Below, piece by piece: positions 12,201 to 27,900 of a stretch of DNA of 64,000 nucleotides. Where the stretch lies: assembly GCF_009914755.1 (NCBI RefSeq), contig NC_060948.1; one strand, 5' to 3'. Every line of letters starts with the position of its first letter. Within the stretch, counting starts at the first letter, position 1. Source of the stretch: the human T2T-CHM13v2.0 reference genome, Homo sapiens. A model generated the notes under the pieces. It was given only the letters and a program-made list of their open reading frames with translations. It ran no database searches and was not told where the DNA came from. A program made the translations under genes and the position numbers.

Positions 12201-15200
12201 GGTGGAATGAAATTGAATGGAGTGGAGTGGAGTGGAGTCTACTGGAGTGGAATGGAATGGAATGGAAAGGAATGGAATAGAATGGAGTGAAGTGCAGTGC
12301 AGTGAAATGGAGTGGAAAGGAATGGAATGGAAAGAATTGAATCAAATGGAATCGAAGTGAATCGAATCTAATGAAATTGAACGCAAAAAATGGAATGAGT
12401 AGAATCGAAAAAGATGGATTCAAATGGCAACAAATAAAATTGAATGGAATGCGGTGAGGTGGAGGGGATTGGAATGGAGTTGAATGGAATGTGGTGTAAT
12501 TGAATTGAATGGAGTGGAGTGGAGTGAACTGGAGTGGAATGGAATGGAATGGGCAGGCATGGAATTGAAAGGCGTGGAGTGGAGTTGAATTGAGAGGAGT
12601 GGAATGGAATAGGGTGGATTTTGGTGGAGAATAATGGAAAAGAGTGGAGTGGAATGGAACGGAATGGAGTGGAGTGGAATGGAATGGAATTGAGTGAAGT
12701 GGAGTGTAGTGGAATGGAGAGTAATGGAGTGGAGTGGACTGGAGTGGAGTAGATTGCAATGCATTGGACTGTAGGGGATAGAAGTGGCTTGGACTCCATA
12801 GGAGTGGAGTGGAATGGAATGGAATGGAGTGGAATGGACTGGAACGGAATGGAATGGAATGGATTCAAATGGCAGGGAATCAAATCGAATTGAATCATAT
12901 TGAATCAAGTCGAATCGAGTGGAGGAAAGAAATCGAATGAAATCGAATGGAATGAATTGAATGGAGTCGAATGTCAACCATGGAATCAAAAGTAATGTGG
13001 TAAAGTGGAGTGGAGTGTTATGGAGTGGAATGGAATGGGGTGACATGGAATTGAATACAGTGGAGAGGAGTGGAGTGGATTGGGCTAGAGTTGAACGGAA
13101 AGGGAAGGAATGGAACTAAATGGAGTGGAGTGGAATGGAATGGAATGGAATGGAATGGAATGGAACGGAATGGCGTGGAATGGAATCGAATCACATGGAA
13201 CTGAATGAAAACGAATTGAATGAATTTGAATGGAGAAAATGGAATCAAATGGAATCAAATCGAACGGCTTCGAATGTCATTGAATGGAATCGAAAGGAAT
13301 GCAGTGAGGTGGGGTTGAGTGGAATGGACTGGAATGGAATGGGATGAATGGAATTGAATGGAGTGGAGTGGAATGGAATGGAATGGAAAGGACTGGAATT
13401 GAACAAAATGGAGTGTAGTAGAATGGAGTGGATTGGAGTGGAGTGCAGAGGATTGCAGTGGAATGAAGAGGAGTGTAGTTGAATGGAATGGAATGTATGG
13501 AATGTACTGGAATAGAATGGATAAGAAAGGAATGGAATGGAATCGCATGGAATTGAATAGAATCAAATCGAATTGAATAGAATCAAATGGAAAAAATGGA
13601 GTCAAATGGAATCGAATGGCATAGAATCGAACGGTTTTGAATGGCAGTGAATGGAAACGAATGGAATGCGATGAAGTGGAGCAGAGTGGAGTGGAAAGGA
13701 GTGCAATGGAATAGGGTGGAACTGAATTTAATGGAACAGAGTGGATTGGAGTGGACTGGAGTGGAATGGAGTGGGAAGGAATGGGATTGAAAGGAGTGGC
13801 GTGCAGTGGAGTTGAGTGGCATGGAGTGGAGTGGAGTGGAATGGAGTGGAATGGAATGGAGTGGAATGGAGTGGATTGGAATGGAATGGAGTGCAGGGGA
13901 ATGGAATGGAATGGTATAGAGTGGACAGGAATGCAGTGGAGAGGATTGGAATGGAATGGAATGGAATGGAATGGAACTGAATGGACTGGAATGGAATGGA
14001 ATAGAATGGAATCACAGGGAATCAAATTGGATTGAATCGAATCGAATGGAAAAAATGAAATCAAATGAAATTGAATGGAATCGAAATGAATGTAAACAAT
14101 GGAATCCAATGGAATCAAATGGAATCGAATCATATGGTTTTGAATGGCGTAAAATGAAATCGCAAGGAAGACAGTGAATTGGAGTCGAGTTGAATAGAGA
14201 GGAATGAATTGGAATGGAGTGGAGTGGAATGGAGTGGATTCCAGTGGAGTGGAGTGGATTGGATTGGAATGGAATGGAATAGACTGGATTGGAGTGGTGT
14301 AGAGTGCAGTGGATTGGAATGGAGAGGAATGGAGTGGAGTGAAGTCGAGTTGAGTGGAATGGAATGGAGTGGAGTAGAGTGGAATGCAAAAGAATGAAGT
14401 GGATTGGTGTGGAATGGAATGGCGTGGAATGGAGTGGAATAGAATGGAATGGAATCGCATGGAAGGATATCAAATCCAATGGAATCGAACGAAAATTATG
14501 AATCCAATGGAATCGAAAGGATTCCAAAGGAACGGATTCGAAAGGCATTTAATGGAATGGAAAGGTATGCAGTGAAGGTTAGTGGAGTGGAGTGGATTGT
14601 TTTAGAGTGAAATGGGGTGGATTGGAACACTATGTGGTGGAGTGGAGTGTAGTGGATCGGAGTGGAGTGCCGTGGAGTGGACTAGAGTGGGGTGGAGTGG
14701 AGTGCATTGGAGTGGAATGGAGTGGAGTGGGGTGGAATGGAATGGAATGGCATCAAATGGCATGGTAATGAATCAAATGGAATCAAATGGAATGAAATAA
14801 TGGAATCGAAGGCAAACGAATGGAATCGAATTGCACTGATTCTACTGACTTCGAAGAAAATGAAATGAAATGCGGTGAAGTGGAGTGGAGTGGAATGTAT
14901 TAGGGTGGAATGGAATTGAATGGTGTGGAGTGGAGTGGAGTGCCCAGGAGTGGAATGGGAAGAAATGGAATTGAACGTAGTGGAGTGGAGTGGAATGGAG
15001 GGTAATGGAGTGGAATGGAGTGGAGTGGAGTAGAGTGGAATGGGTTGGAGTGGAATGCAGAGGACAGGAGTGGAGTGTGGTGGACTGGAGTGGAGTGGAG
15101 TTGAGTGGAGTGCATTGGATTGAAATAGAGCGGAGCAGAGTGGAATGGAATTGAATCACATGGTACTGAATCAAATCGAATGGAATTAAATCGAATGAAA

Positions 15201-18200
15201 AAACGGAATCAAAAGCAAACGAATGGAGTCAAACCACATTGGTTAGACTGACATCGAATAATATCAAAAGAAATGCGGTGAAGTGGAGGGGAGTGTACTG
15301 AAATGGGGTGGAATGAAATTGAATGGAGTGGAGTGGAGTGGAGTCTACTGGAGTGGAATGGAATGGAATGGAAAGGAATGGGATAGAATGGAGTGAAGTG
15401 CAGTGCAGTGAAATGGAGTAGAAAGGAATGGAATGGGAAGAATTGAATCAAATGGAATCGAAGTGAATCGAATCTAATGAAATTGAACGCAAAAAATGGA
15501 ATGAGTAGAATCGAAAAAGATGGATTCAAATGGCAACAAATAAAATTGAGTGGAATGCGGTGAGGTGGAGGGGATTGGAATGGATTTGAATGGAATGTGG
15601 TGTAATTGAATTGAATGGAGTGGAGTGGAGTGGACTGGAGTGGAATGGAATGGAATGGGCAGGCATGGAATTGAAAGGCGTGGAGTGGAGTGGAATTGAG
15701 AGGAGTGGAATGGAGTAGGGTGGATTGTGGTGGAGAATAATGGAAAAGAGTGGAGTGGAATGGAACGGAATGGAGTGGAGTGGAATAGAATGGAATTGAG
15801 TGAAGTGGAGTGTAGTGGAATGGAGAGTAATGGAGTGGAGTGGACTGGAGTGGAGTAGATTGCAGTGCATTGGACTGTAGGGGATAGAAGTGGCTTGGAC
15901 TCCATAGGAGTGGAGTGGAATGGAATGGAATGGAGTGGAATGGACTGGAACGGAATGGAATGGAATGGATTCAAATGGCAGGGAATCAAATCGAATTGAA
16001 TCATATTGAATCAAGTCGAATCGAGTGGAGGAAAGAAATCGAATGAAATCGAATGGAATGAATTGAATGGAGTCGAATGTCAACCATGGAATCAAAAGTA
16101 ATGTGGTAAAGTGGAGTGGAGTGTTATGGAGTGGAATGGAATGGGGTGACATGGAATTGAATACAGTGGAGAGGAGTGGAGTGGATTGGGCTAGAGTTGA
16201 ACGGAAAGGGAAGGAATGGAACTAAATGGAGTGGAGTGGAATGGAGTGGAATGGAATGGAATGGAATGGAATGGAATGGAATGGAATGGAACGGAATGGC
16301 GTGCAATGGAATCGAATTACATGGAACTGAATGAAACCGAATTGAATGAAATTGAATGGAGAAAATGGAATCAAATGGAATCCAATCGAACGGATTCGAA
16401 TGTCATTGAATGGAATCGAAAGGAATGCAGTGAGGTGGGGTTGAGTGGAATGGAGTGGAATGGAATGGGATGAATGGAATTGAATGGAGTGGAGTGGAAT
16501 GGAATGGAATGGAAAGGACTGGAATTGAACAAAATGGAGTGTAGTAGAATGGAGTGGATTGGAGTGGAGTGCAGGGGAGTGCAGTGGAATGAAGAGGAGT
16601 GTAGTTGAATGGAATGGAATGTATGGAATGTACTGGAATAGAATGGATAAGAAAGGAATGGAATGGAATCGCATGGAATTGAATAGAATCAAATCGAATT
16701 GAATAGAGTCAAATGGAAAAAATGGAGTCAAATGGAATCGAATGGCATAGAATCGAACGGTTTTGAATGGCAGTGAATGGAAACGAATGGAATGCGATGA
16801 AGTGGAGCAGAGTGGAGTGGAAAGGAGTGCAATGGAATAGGGTGGAACTGAATTTAATGGAACAGAGTGGATTGGAGTGGACTGGAGTGGAATGGAATGG
16901 GAAGGAATGGGATTGAAAGGAGTGGCGTGCAGTGGACGGGAGTGGCATGGAGTGGAGTGGAGTGGAATGGAGTGGAATGGAATGGAGTGGAATGGAGTTG
17001 ATTGGAATGGAATGGAGTGCAGAGGAATGGAATGGAATGGTATAGAGTGGACAGGAATGGAGTGGAGCGGATTGGAATGGAATGGAATGGAATGGAATGG
17101 AACTGAGTGGACTGGAGTGGAATGCAATAGAATAGAATCACAGGGAATCAAATTGGATTGAATCGAATCGAAAGGAAAAAAATGAAATCAAATGAAATTG
17201 AATGGAATCGAAATGAATGTAAACAATGGAATCCAATGGAATCAAATGGAATCGAATCAAATGATTTTGAATGGCGTAAAATGAAATCGCGAAGAAGGCA
17301 GTGAATTGGAGTGGAGTGGTATAGAGAGGAATGAATTGGAATGGAGTGGATTGGAATAGAGTGGATTCCAGTGGAGTGGAGTGGATTGGATTTTAATGGA
17401 ATGGAATAGACTGGATTGGAGTGGTGTAGATTGCAGTGGATTGGAGTGGAGAGGAATGGAGTGGAGTGAAGTCGAGTTGAGTGGAATGGAATGGAGTGGA
17501 GCAGAGTGGAATGCAAAAGAATGAAGTGGATTGGTGTGGAATGGAATGGCGTGGAATGGAGTGGAATAGAATGGAATGGAATCGCATGGAAGGATATCAA
17601 ATCCAATGGAATCGAACGAAAATTATGAATCCAATGGAATCGAAAGGATTCCAAAGGAACGGATTCGAAAGGCATTTAATGGAATGGAAAGGTATGCAGT
17701 GAAGTGGAGTGGAGTGGAGTGGATTGTTTTAGAGTGAAATGGGGTGGATTGGAACACTATGTGGTGGAGTGGAGTGTAGTGGATCGGAGTGGAGTGCCGT
17801 GGAGTGGACTAGAGTGGGGTGGAGTGGAGTACATTGGAGTGGAATGGAGTGGAGTGGGGTGGAATGGAATGGAATGGCATCAAATCGCATGGTAATGAGT
17901 CAAATGGAATGAAATAATGGAATCGAAGGCAAACGAATGGAATCGAATTGCACTGATTCTACTGACTTCGAGGAAAATGAAATGAAACGCGGTGAAGTGG
18001 AGTGGAGTGGAATGTATTAGGGTGGAATGGAATTGAATGGTGTGGAGTGGAGTGGAGTGCCCAGGAGTGGAATGGGAAGAAATGGAATTGAACGGAGTGG
18101 AGTGGAGTGGAATGGAGGGTAATGGCGTGGAATGGAGTGGAGTGGAGTAGAGTGGAATGGGTTGGAATGGAATGCAGAGGACAGGAGTGCAGTGTGGTGG

Positions 18201-21200
18201 ACTGGAGTGGAGTGGAGTTGAGTGGAGTGGATTGGATTGAAATAGAGCGGAGCAGAGTGGAATGGAATTGAATCACATGGTATTGAATCAAATCGAATGG
18301 AATTAAATCGAATGAAAAAACGGAATCAAAAGCAAACGAACGGAGTCAAACCACATTGGTTAGACTGACATCGAATAATATCAAAAGAAATGCGGTGAAG
18401 TGGAGTGGAGTGTACTGAAATGGGGTGGAATGAAATTGAATGGAGTGGAGTGGAGTGGAGTCTACTGGAGTGGAATGGAATGGAATGGAAAGGAATGGAA
18501 TAGAATGGAGTGAAGTGCAGTGCAGTGAAATGGAGTGGAAAGGAATGGAATGGAAAGAATTGAATCAAATGGAACCGAAGTGAATCGAATCTAATGAAAT
18601 TGAACGCAAAATGTGGAATGAGTAGAATGGAAAAAGATGGATTCAAATGGCAACAAATAAAATTGAATGGAATGCGGTGAGGTGGAGGGGATTGGAATGG
18701 ATTTGAATGGAATGTGGTGTAATTGAATTGAATGGAGTGGAGTGGAGTGAACTGGAGTGGAATGGAATGGAATGGGCAGACATGGAATTGAAAGGCGTGG
18801 AGTGGAGTGGAATTGAGAGGAGTGGAATGGAGTAGGGTGGATTGTGGTGGAGAATAATGGAAAAGAGTGGAGTGGAATGGAACGGATTGGAGTGGAGTGG
18901 AATGGATTGGAATTGAGTGAAGTGGAGTGTAGTGTAATGGAGAGTAATGGAGTGGAGTGGACTGGAGTAGAGTAGATTGCAATGCATTGGATTGTAGGGG
19001 ATGGAAGTGGCTTGGAGTCCATAGGAGTGGAGTGGAATGGAATGGAATGGAGTGGAATGGACTGGAACGGAATGGAGTGGAATGGATTTAAATGGCAGGG
19101 TATCAAATCGAATTGAATCATATTGAATCAAGTCGAATCGAGTGGAGGAAAGAAATCGAATGAAATCGAATGGAATGAATTGAATGGAGTCGAATGTCAA
19201 CCATGGAATCAAAAGTAATGTGGTAAAGTGGAGTGGAGTGGAGTGTTATGGAGTGGAATCGAATGGGGTGACATGGAATTGACTACAGTGGAGAGGAGTG
19301 GAGTGGATTGGGCTAGAGTGGAACGGAAAGGGAAGGAATGGAACTAAATGGAGTGGAGTGGAATGGAGTGGAATGGAATGGAATGGAATGGAATGGAACG
19401 GAATGGAGTAAAATGGAATCGAATCACATGGAACTGAATGAAACCGAATTGAATGAAATTCAATGGAGAAAATGGAATCAAATGGAATCAAATCGAACGG
19501 ATTCGAATGTCATTGAATGGAATCGAAAGGAATGCAGTGAGGTGGGGTTGAGTGGAATGGAGTGGAATGGAATGGGATGAATGGAATTGAATGGAGTGGA
19601 GTGGAATGGAATGGAATGGAAAGGACTGGAATTAAACAAAATGGAGTGTAGTAGAATGGAGTGGATTGGAGTGGAGTGCAGGGGAGTGCAGTGGAATGAA
19701 GAGGAGTGTAGTTGAATGGAATGGAATGTATGGAATGTACTGGAATAGAATGGATAAGAAAGGAATGGAATGGAATCGCATGGAATTGAATAGAATCAAA
19801 TCGAATTGAATAGAATCAAATGGAAAAAATGGAGTCAAATGGAATCGAATGGCATAGAATCGAACGGTTTTGAATGGCAGTGAATGGAAACGAATGGAAT
19901 GCGATGAAGTGGAGCGCAGTGGAGTGGAAACGAGTGCAATGGAATAGGGTGGAACTGCATTTAATGGAAAAGAGTGGATTGGAGTGGACTGGAGTGGAAT
20001 GGAATGGGAAGGAATGGGATTGAAAGGAGTGGCTAGCAGTGGAGTGGAGTGGCATGGAGTGGAGTGGAGTGGAATGGAGTGGAATGGAATGGAGTGGAAT
20101 GGAGTGGATTGGAATGGAATGGAGTGCAGAGGAATGGAATGGAATGGTATAGAGTGGACAGGAATGGAGTGGAGCGGATTGGAATGGAATGGAATGGAAT
20201 GGAATGGAACTGAATGGACTGGAATGGAATGGAATAGAATAGAATCACAGGGAATCAAATTGGATTGAATCGAATCGAAAGGAAAAAAATGAAATCAAAT
20301 GAAATTGAATGGAATCGAAATGAATGTAAACAATGGAATCCAATGGAATCAAATGGAATCGAATCAAATGGTTTTGAATGGCGTAAAATGAAATCGCGAA
20401 GAAGGCAGTGAATTGGAGTGGAGTGGAATAGAGAGGAATGAATTGGAATGGAGTGGATTGGAATAGAGTGGATTCCAGTGGAGTGGAGTGGATTGGATTT
20501 TAATGGAACGGAATAGACTGGATTGGAGTGGTGTAGATTGCAGTGGATTGGAGTGGAGAGGAATGGAGTGGAGTGAAGTCGAGTTGAGTGGAATGGAAAG
20601 GAGTGGAGCAGAGTGGAATGCAAAAGAATGAAGTGGATTGGTGTGGAATGGAATGGCGTGGAATGGAGTGGAATAGAATGGAATGGAATCGCATGGAAGG
20701 ATATCAAATCCAATGGAATCGAAGGAAAATTATGAATCCAATGGAATCGAAAGGATTCCAAAGGAACGGATTCGAAAGGCCTTTAATGGAATGGAAAGGT
20801 ATGCAGTGAAGTGGAGTGGACTGGAGTGGATTGTTTTAGAGTGAAATGGGGTGGATTGGAACACTATGTGGTGGAGTGGAGTGTAGTGGATCGGAGTGGA
20901 GTGCCGTGGAGTGGACTAGAGTAGGGTGGAGTGGAGTGCATTGGAGTGGAATGGAGTGGAGTGGGGTGGAATGGAAAGGAATGATATCAAATCGCATGGT
21001 AATGAATCAAATGGAATGAAATAATGGAATCGAAGGCAAACGAATGGAATCGAATTGCACTGATTCTACTGACTTCGAAGAAAATGAAATGAAACGCGGT
21101 GAAGTGGAGTGGAGTGGAATGTATTAGGGTGGAATGGAATTGAATGGTGTGGAGTGGAGTGGAGTGCCCAGGAGTGGAATGGGAAGAAATGGAATTGAAC

Positions 21201-24200
21201 GGAGTGGAGTGGAGTGGAATGGAGGGTAATGGCATGGAATGGAGTGGAGTGGAGTAGAGTGGAATGGGTTGGAATGGAATGCAGAGGACAGGAGTGGAGT
21301 GTGGTGGACTGGAGTGGAGTGGAGTTGAGTGGAGTGGATTGGATTGAAATAGAGCGGAGCAGAGTGGAATGGAATTGAATCACATGGTATTGAATCAAAT
21401 CGAATGGAATTAAATCGAATGAAAAAACGGAATCAAAAGCAAACGAATGGAGTCAAACCACATTGGTTAGACTGACATCGAATAATATCAAAAGAAATGT
21501 GGTGAAGTGGAGTGGAGTGTACTGAAATGGGGTGGAATGAAATTGAATGGAGTGGAGTGGAGTCTACTGGAGTGGAATGGAATGGAATGGAAAGGAATGG
21601 AATAGAATGGAGTGAAGTGCAGTGCAGTGAAATGGAGTGGAAAGGAATGGAATGGAAAGAATTGAATCAAATGGAACCGAAGTGAATCGAATCTAATGAA
21701 ATTGAACGCAAATTGTGGAATGAGTAGAATCGAAAAAGATGTATTCAAATGGCAACAAATAAAATTGAATGGAATGCGGTGAGGTGGAGGGGATTGGAAT
21801 GGATTTGAATGGAATGTGGTGTAATTGAATTGAATGGAGTGGAGTGGAGTGAACTGGAGTGGAATGGAATGGAATGGGCAGACATGGAATTGAAAGGCGT
21901 GGAGTGGAGTGGAATTGAGAGGAGTGGAATGGAGTAGGGTGGATTGTGGTGGAGAATAATGGAAAAGAGTGGAGTGGAATGGAACGGATTGGAGTGGAGT
22001 GGAATGGAATGGAATTGAGTGAAGTGGAGTGTAGTGGAATGGAGAGTAATGGAGTGGAGTGGACTGGAGTGGAGTAGATTGCAGTGCATTGGACTGTAGG
22101 GGATGGAAGTGGATTGGAGTCCATAGGAGTGGAGTGGAATGGAATGGAATGGAGTGGAATGGACTGGAACGGAATGGATTTAAATGGCAGGGAATCAAAT
22201 CGAATTGAATCATATTGAATCAAGTCGAATCGAGTGGAGGAAAGAAATCGAATGAAATCGAATGGAATGAATTGAATGGAGTCGAATGTCAACCATGGAA
22301 TCAAAAGTAATGTGGTAAAGTGGAGTGGAGTGGAGTGTTATGGAGTGGAATGGAATGGGGTGACATGGAATTGAATACAGTGGAGAGGAGTGGAGTGGAT
22401 TGGGCTAGAGTTGAACGGAAAGGGAAGGAATGGAACTAAATGGAGTGGAGTGGAATGGAGTGGAATGGAATGGAATGGAATGGAATGGAACGGAATGGAG
22501 CAAAATGGAATCGAATCACATGGAACTGAATGAAACCGAATTGAATGAAATTCAATGGAGAAAATGGAATCAAATGGAATCAAATCGAACGGATTCGAAT
22601 GTCATTGAATGGAATCGAAAGGAATGCAGTGAGGTGGGGTTGAGTGGAATGGAGTGGAATGGAATGGGATGAATGGAATTGAATGGAGTGGAGTGGAATG
22701 GAATGGAATGGAAAGGACTGGAATTGAACAAAATGGAGTGTAGTAGAATGGAGTGGATTGGAGTGGAGTGCAGGGGAGTGCAGTGGAATGAAGAGGAGTG
22801 TAGTTGAATGGAATGGAATGTATGGAATGTACTGCAATAGAATGGATAAGAAAGGAATGGAATGGAATCGCATGGAATTGAATAGAATCAAATCGAATTG
22901 AATAGAATCAAATGGAAAAAATGGAGTCAAATGGAATCGAATGGCATAGAATCGAACGGTTTTGAATGGCAGTGAATGGAAACGAATGGAATGCGATGAA
23001 GTGGAGCGCAGTGGAGTGGAAAGGAGTGCAATGGAATAGGGTGGAACTGCATTTAATGGAACAGAGTGGATTGGAGTGGACTGGAGTGGAATGGAATGGG
23101 AAGGAATGGGATTGAAAGGAGTGGTGTGCAGTGGAGTGGAGTGGCATGGAGTGGAGTGGAGTGGAATGGAGTGGAATGGAATGGAGTGGAATGGAGTGGA
23201 TTGGAATGGAATGGAGTGCAGAGGAATGGAATGGAATGGTATAGAGTGGACAGGAATGGAGTGGAGTGGATTGGAATGGAATGGAATGGAATGGAATGGA
23301 ACTGAATGGACTGGAATGGAATGCAATAGAATGGAATCACAGGGAATCAAATTGGATTGAATCGAATCGAAAGGAAAAAAATGAAATCAAATGAAATTGA
23401 ATGGAATCGAAATGAATGTAAACAATGGAATCCAATGGAATCAAATGGAATCGAATCAAATGGTTTTGAATGGCGTAAAATGAAATCGCAAGGAAGACAG
23501 TGAATTGGAGTGGAGTGGAATAGAGAGGAATGAATTGGAATGGAGTGGATTGGAATGGAGTGGATTCCAGTGGAGTGGAGTGGATTGGATTTTAATGGAA
23601 TGGAATAGACTGGATTGCAGTGGTGTAGATTGCAGTGGATTGGAGTGGAGAGGAATGGAGTGGAGTGAAGTCGAGTTGAGTGGAATGGAATGGAGTGGAG
23701 CAGAGTGGAATGCAAAAGAATGAAGTGGATTGGTGTGGAATGGAATGGCGTGGAATGGAGTAGAATAGAATGGAATGGAATCGCATGGAAGGATATCAAA
23801 TCAAATGGAATCGAACGAAAATTATGAATCCAATGGAATCGAAAGGATTCCAAAGGAACGGATTCGAAAGGCATTTAATGGAATGGAAAGGTATGCAGTG
23901 AAGTGGAGTGGAGTGGAGGGGATTGGTTTAGAGTGAAATGGGGTGGATTGGAACACTATGTTGTGGAGTGGAGTGTAGTGGATCGGAGTGGAGTGCCGTG
24001 GAGTGGACTAGAGTGGGGTGGAGTGGAGTGCATTGGAGTGGAATGGAGTGGAGTGGGGTGGAATGGAATGGAATGGCATCAAATCGCATAGTAATGAGTC
24101 AAACGGAATGAAATAATGGAATCGAAGGCAAACGAATGGAATCGAATTGCACTGATTCTTCTGACTTCGAACAAAATGAAATGAAATGCGGTGAAGTGGA

Positions 24201-27200
24201 GTGGAGTGGAATGTATTAGGGTGGAATGGAATTGAATGGTGTGGAGTGGATTGGAGTGCCCAGGAGTGGAATGGGAAGAAATGGAATTGAACGGAGTGGA
24301 GTGGAGTGGAATGGAGGGTAATAGAGTGGAATGGAGTGGAGTGGAGTAGAGTGGAATGGGTTGGAATGGAATGCAGAGGACAGGAGTGGAGTGTGGTGGA
24401 CTGGAGGGGAGTGGAGTTGAGTGGAGTGGATTGGATTGAAATAGAGCGGAGCAGAGTGGAATGGAATTGAATCATATGGTATTGAATCAAATCGAATGGA
24501 ATTAAATCGAATGAAAAAACGGAATCAAAAGCAAACGAATGGAGTCAAACCACATTGGTTAGACTGACATCGAATAATATCAAAAGAAATGCGGTGAAGT
24601 GGAGGGGAGTGTACTGAAATGGGGTGGAATGAAATTGAATGGAGTGGAGTGGAGTGGAGTCTACTGGAGTGGAATGGAATGGAATGGAAAGGAATGGAAT
24701 AGAATGGAGTGAAGTGCAGTGAAGTGAAATGGAGTGGAAAGGAATGGAATGGAAAGAATTGAATCAAATGGAATCGAAGTGAATCGAATCTAATGAAATT
24801 GAACGCAATATGTGGAATGAGTAGAATCGAAAAAGATGGATTCAAATGGCAACAAATAAAATTGAATGGAATGCGGTGAGGTGGAGGGGATTGGAATGGA
24901 GTTGAATGGAATGTGGTGTAATTGAATTGAATGGAGTGGAGTGGAGTGAACTGGAGTGGAATGGAATGGAATGGGCAGGCATGGAATTGAAAGGCGTGGA
25001 GTGGAGTGGAATTGAGAGGAGTGGAATGGAGTAGGGTGGATTGTGGTGGAGAATAATGGAAAAGAGTGGAGTGGAATGGAACGGATTGGAGTGGAGTGGA
25101 ATGGAATGGAATTGAGTGAAGTGGAGTGTAGTGGAATGGAGAGTAATGGAGTGGAGTGGACTGGAGTGGAGTAGATTGCAGTGCATTGGACTGTAGGGGA
25201 TAGAAGTGGCTTGGAGTCCATAGGAGTGGAGTGGAATGGAATGGAATGGAGTGGAATGGATTGGAACGGAATGGAATGGAATGGATTTAAATGGCAGGGA
25301 ATCAAATCGAATTGAATCATATTGAATCAAGTCTAATCGAGTGGAGGAAAGAAATCGAATGAAATCGAATGGAATGAATTGAATGGAGTCGAATGTCAAC
25401 CATGGAATCAAAAGTAATGTGGTAAAGTGGAGTGGAGTGGCGTGTTATGGAGAGGAATGGAATGGGGTGACATGGAATTGAATACATTGGAGAGGAGTGG
25501 AGTGGATTGGGGTAGAGTTGAACGGAAAGGGAAGGAATGGAACTAAATGGAGTGGAGTGGAATGGAGTGGAATGGAATGGAATGGAATGGAATGGAACGG
25601 AATGGAGTGCAATGGAATAGAATCACATGGAACTGAATGAAACCGAATTGAATGAAATTCAATTGAGAAAATGGAACAAATGGAATCAAATCGAACGGAT
25701 TCGAATGTCATTGAATGGAATCGAAAGGAATGCAGTGAGGTGGGGTTGAGTGGAATGGAGTGGAATGGAATGGGATGAATGGAATTGAATGGAGTGGAGT
25801 GGAATGGAATGGAATGGAAAGGACTGGAATTGAACAAAATGGAGTGTAGTAGAATGGAGTGGATTGGAGTGGAGTGCAGGGGAGTGCAGTGGAATGAAGA
25901 GGAGTGTAGTTGAATGGAATGGAATGTATGGAATGTACTGGAATAGAATGGATAAGAAAGGAATGGAATGGAATCGCATGGAATTGAATAGAATCAAATC
26001 GAATTGAATAGAATCCAATGGAAAAAATGGAGTCAAATGGAATCGAATGGCATAGAATCGAACGGTTTTGAATGGCAGTGAATGGAAACGAATGGAATGC
26101 GATGAAGTGGAGCAGAGTGGAGTGGAAAGGAGTGCAATGGAATAGGGTGGAACTGAATTTAATGGAACAGAGTGGATTGGAGTGGACTGGAGTGGAATGG
26201 AATGGGAAGGAATGGGATTGAAAGGAGTGGCGTGCAGTGGACTGGAGTGGCATGGAGTGGAGTGGAGTGGAATGGAGTGGAATGGAATGGAGTGGAATGG
26301 AGTGGATTGGAATGGAATGGAGTGCAGGGGAATGGAATGGAATGGTATAGAGTGGACAGGAATGGAGTGGAGTGGATTGGAATGGAATGGAATGGAATGG
26401 AATGGAACTGAATGGACAGGAATGGAATGGAATAGAATGGAATCACAGGGAATCAAATTGGATTGAATCGAATCGAATGTAAAAAATGAAATCAAATTAA
26501 ATTGAATGGAATCGAAATGAATGTAAAGAATGGAATCCAATGGAATCAAATGGAGTCGAATCAAATGGTTTTGAATGGCGTAAAATGAAATCGCGAGGAA
26601 GGCAGTGAATTGGAGTGGAGTGGAATAGAGAGGAATGAATTGGAATGGAGTGGAGTGGAATGGAGTGGATTCCAGTGGAGTGGAGTGGATTGGATTTTAA
26701 TGGAATGGAATAGACTGGATTGGAGTGGTGTAGAGTGCAGTGGATTGGATTGGAGAGGAATGGAGTGGAGTGAAGTAGAGTTGAGTGGAATGGAATGGAG
26801 AGGAGCAGAGTGGAATGCAAAAGAATGAAGTGGATTGGTGTGGAATGGAATGGCGTGGAATGGAGTGGAATAGAATGGAATGGAATCGCATGGAAGGATA
26901 TCAAATCCAATGGAATCGAACGAAAATTTTGAATCCAATGGAATCGAAAGGATTCCAAAGGAACGGATTCGAAAGGCATTTAATGGAATGGAAAGGTATG
27001 CAGTGAAGGTTAGTGGAGTGGAGTGGATTGTTTTAGAGTGAAATGGGGTGGATTGGAACACTATGTGGTGGAGTGGAGTGTAGTGGATCGGAGTGGAGTG
27101 CCGTGGAGTGGACTAGAGTGGGGTGGAGTGGAGTGCATTGGAGTGGAATGGAGTGGAGTGGGGTGGAATGGAATGGAATGGCATCAAATGGCATGGTAAT

Positions 27201-27900
27201 GAATCAAATGGAATCAAATGGAATGAAATAATGGAATCGAAGGCAAACGAATGGAATCGAATTGCACTGATTCTACTGACTTCGAAGAAAATGAAATGAA
27301 ATGCGGTGAAGTGGAGTGGAGTGGAATGTATTAGGGTGGAATGGAATTGAATGGTGTGGAGTGGAGTGGAGTGCCCAGGAGTGGAATGGGAAGAAATGGA
27401 ATTGAACGGAGTGGAGTGGAGTGGAATGGAGGGTAATGGAGTGGAATGGAGTGGAGTGGAGTAGAGTGGAATGGGTTGGAGTGGAATGCAGAGGACAGGA
27501 GTGGAGTGTTGTGGACTGGAGTGGAGTGGTGTTGAGTGGAGTGGATTGGATTGAAATAGAGCGGAGCAGAGTGGAATGGAATTGAATCACATGGTATTGA
27601 ATCAAATCGAATGGAATTAAATCGAATGAAAAAACGGAATCAAAAGCAAACGAATGGAGTCAAACCACATTGGTTAGACTGACATCGAATAATATCAAAA
27701 GAAATGCGGTGAAGTGGAGTGGAGTGTAATGAAATGGGGTGGAATGAAATTGAATGGAGTGGAGTGGAGTGGAGTCTACTGGAGTGGAATGGAATGGAAT
27801 GGAAAGCAATGGAATAGAATGGAGTGAAGTGCAGTGCAGTGAAATGGAGTGGAAAGGAATGGAATGGAAAGAATTGAATCAAATGGAATAGAAGTGAATC
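9250..27900 (+). repeat. Six-unit super-repeat, copy 1 (A-B-C-D-E-F, ~18.65 kb)
   Basis: Unit-private variants recur at +18652/+18657 for A-D (10150/28802, 12103/30755, 15209/33866, 18326/36983), at +21764 for E and at +24865 for F. Confidence 0.92.
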
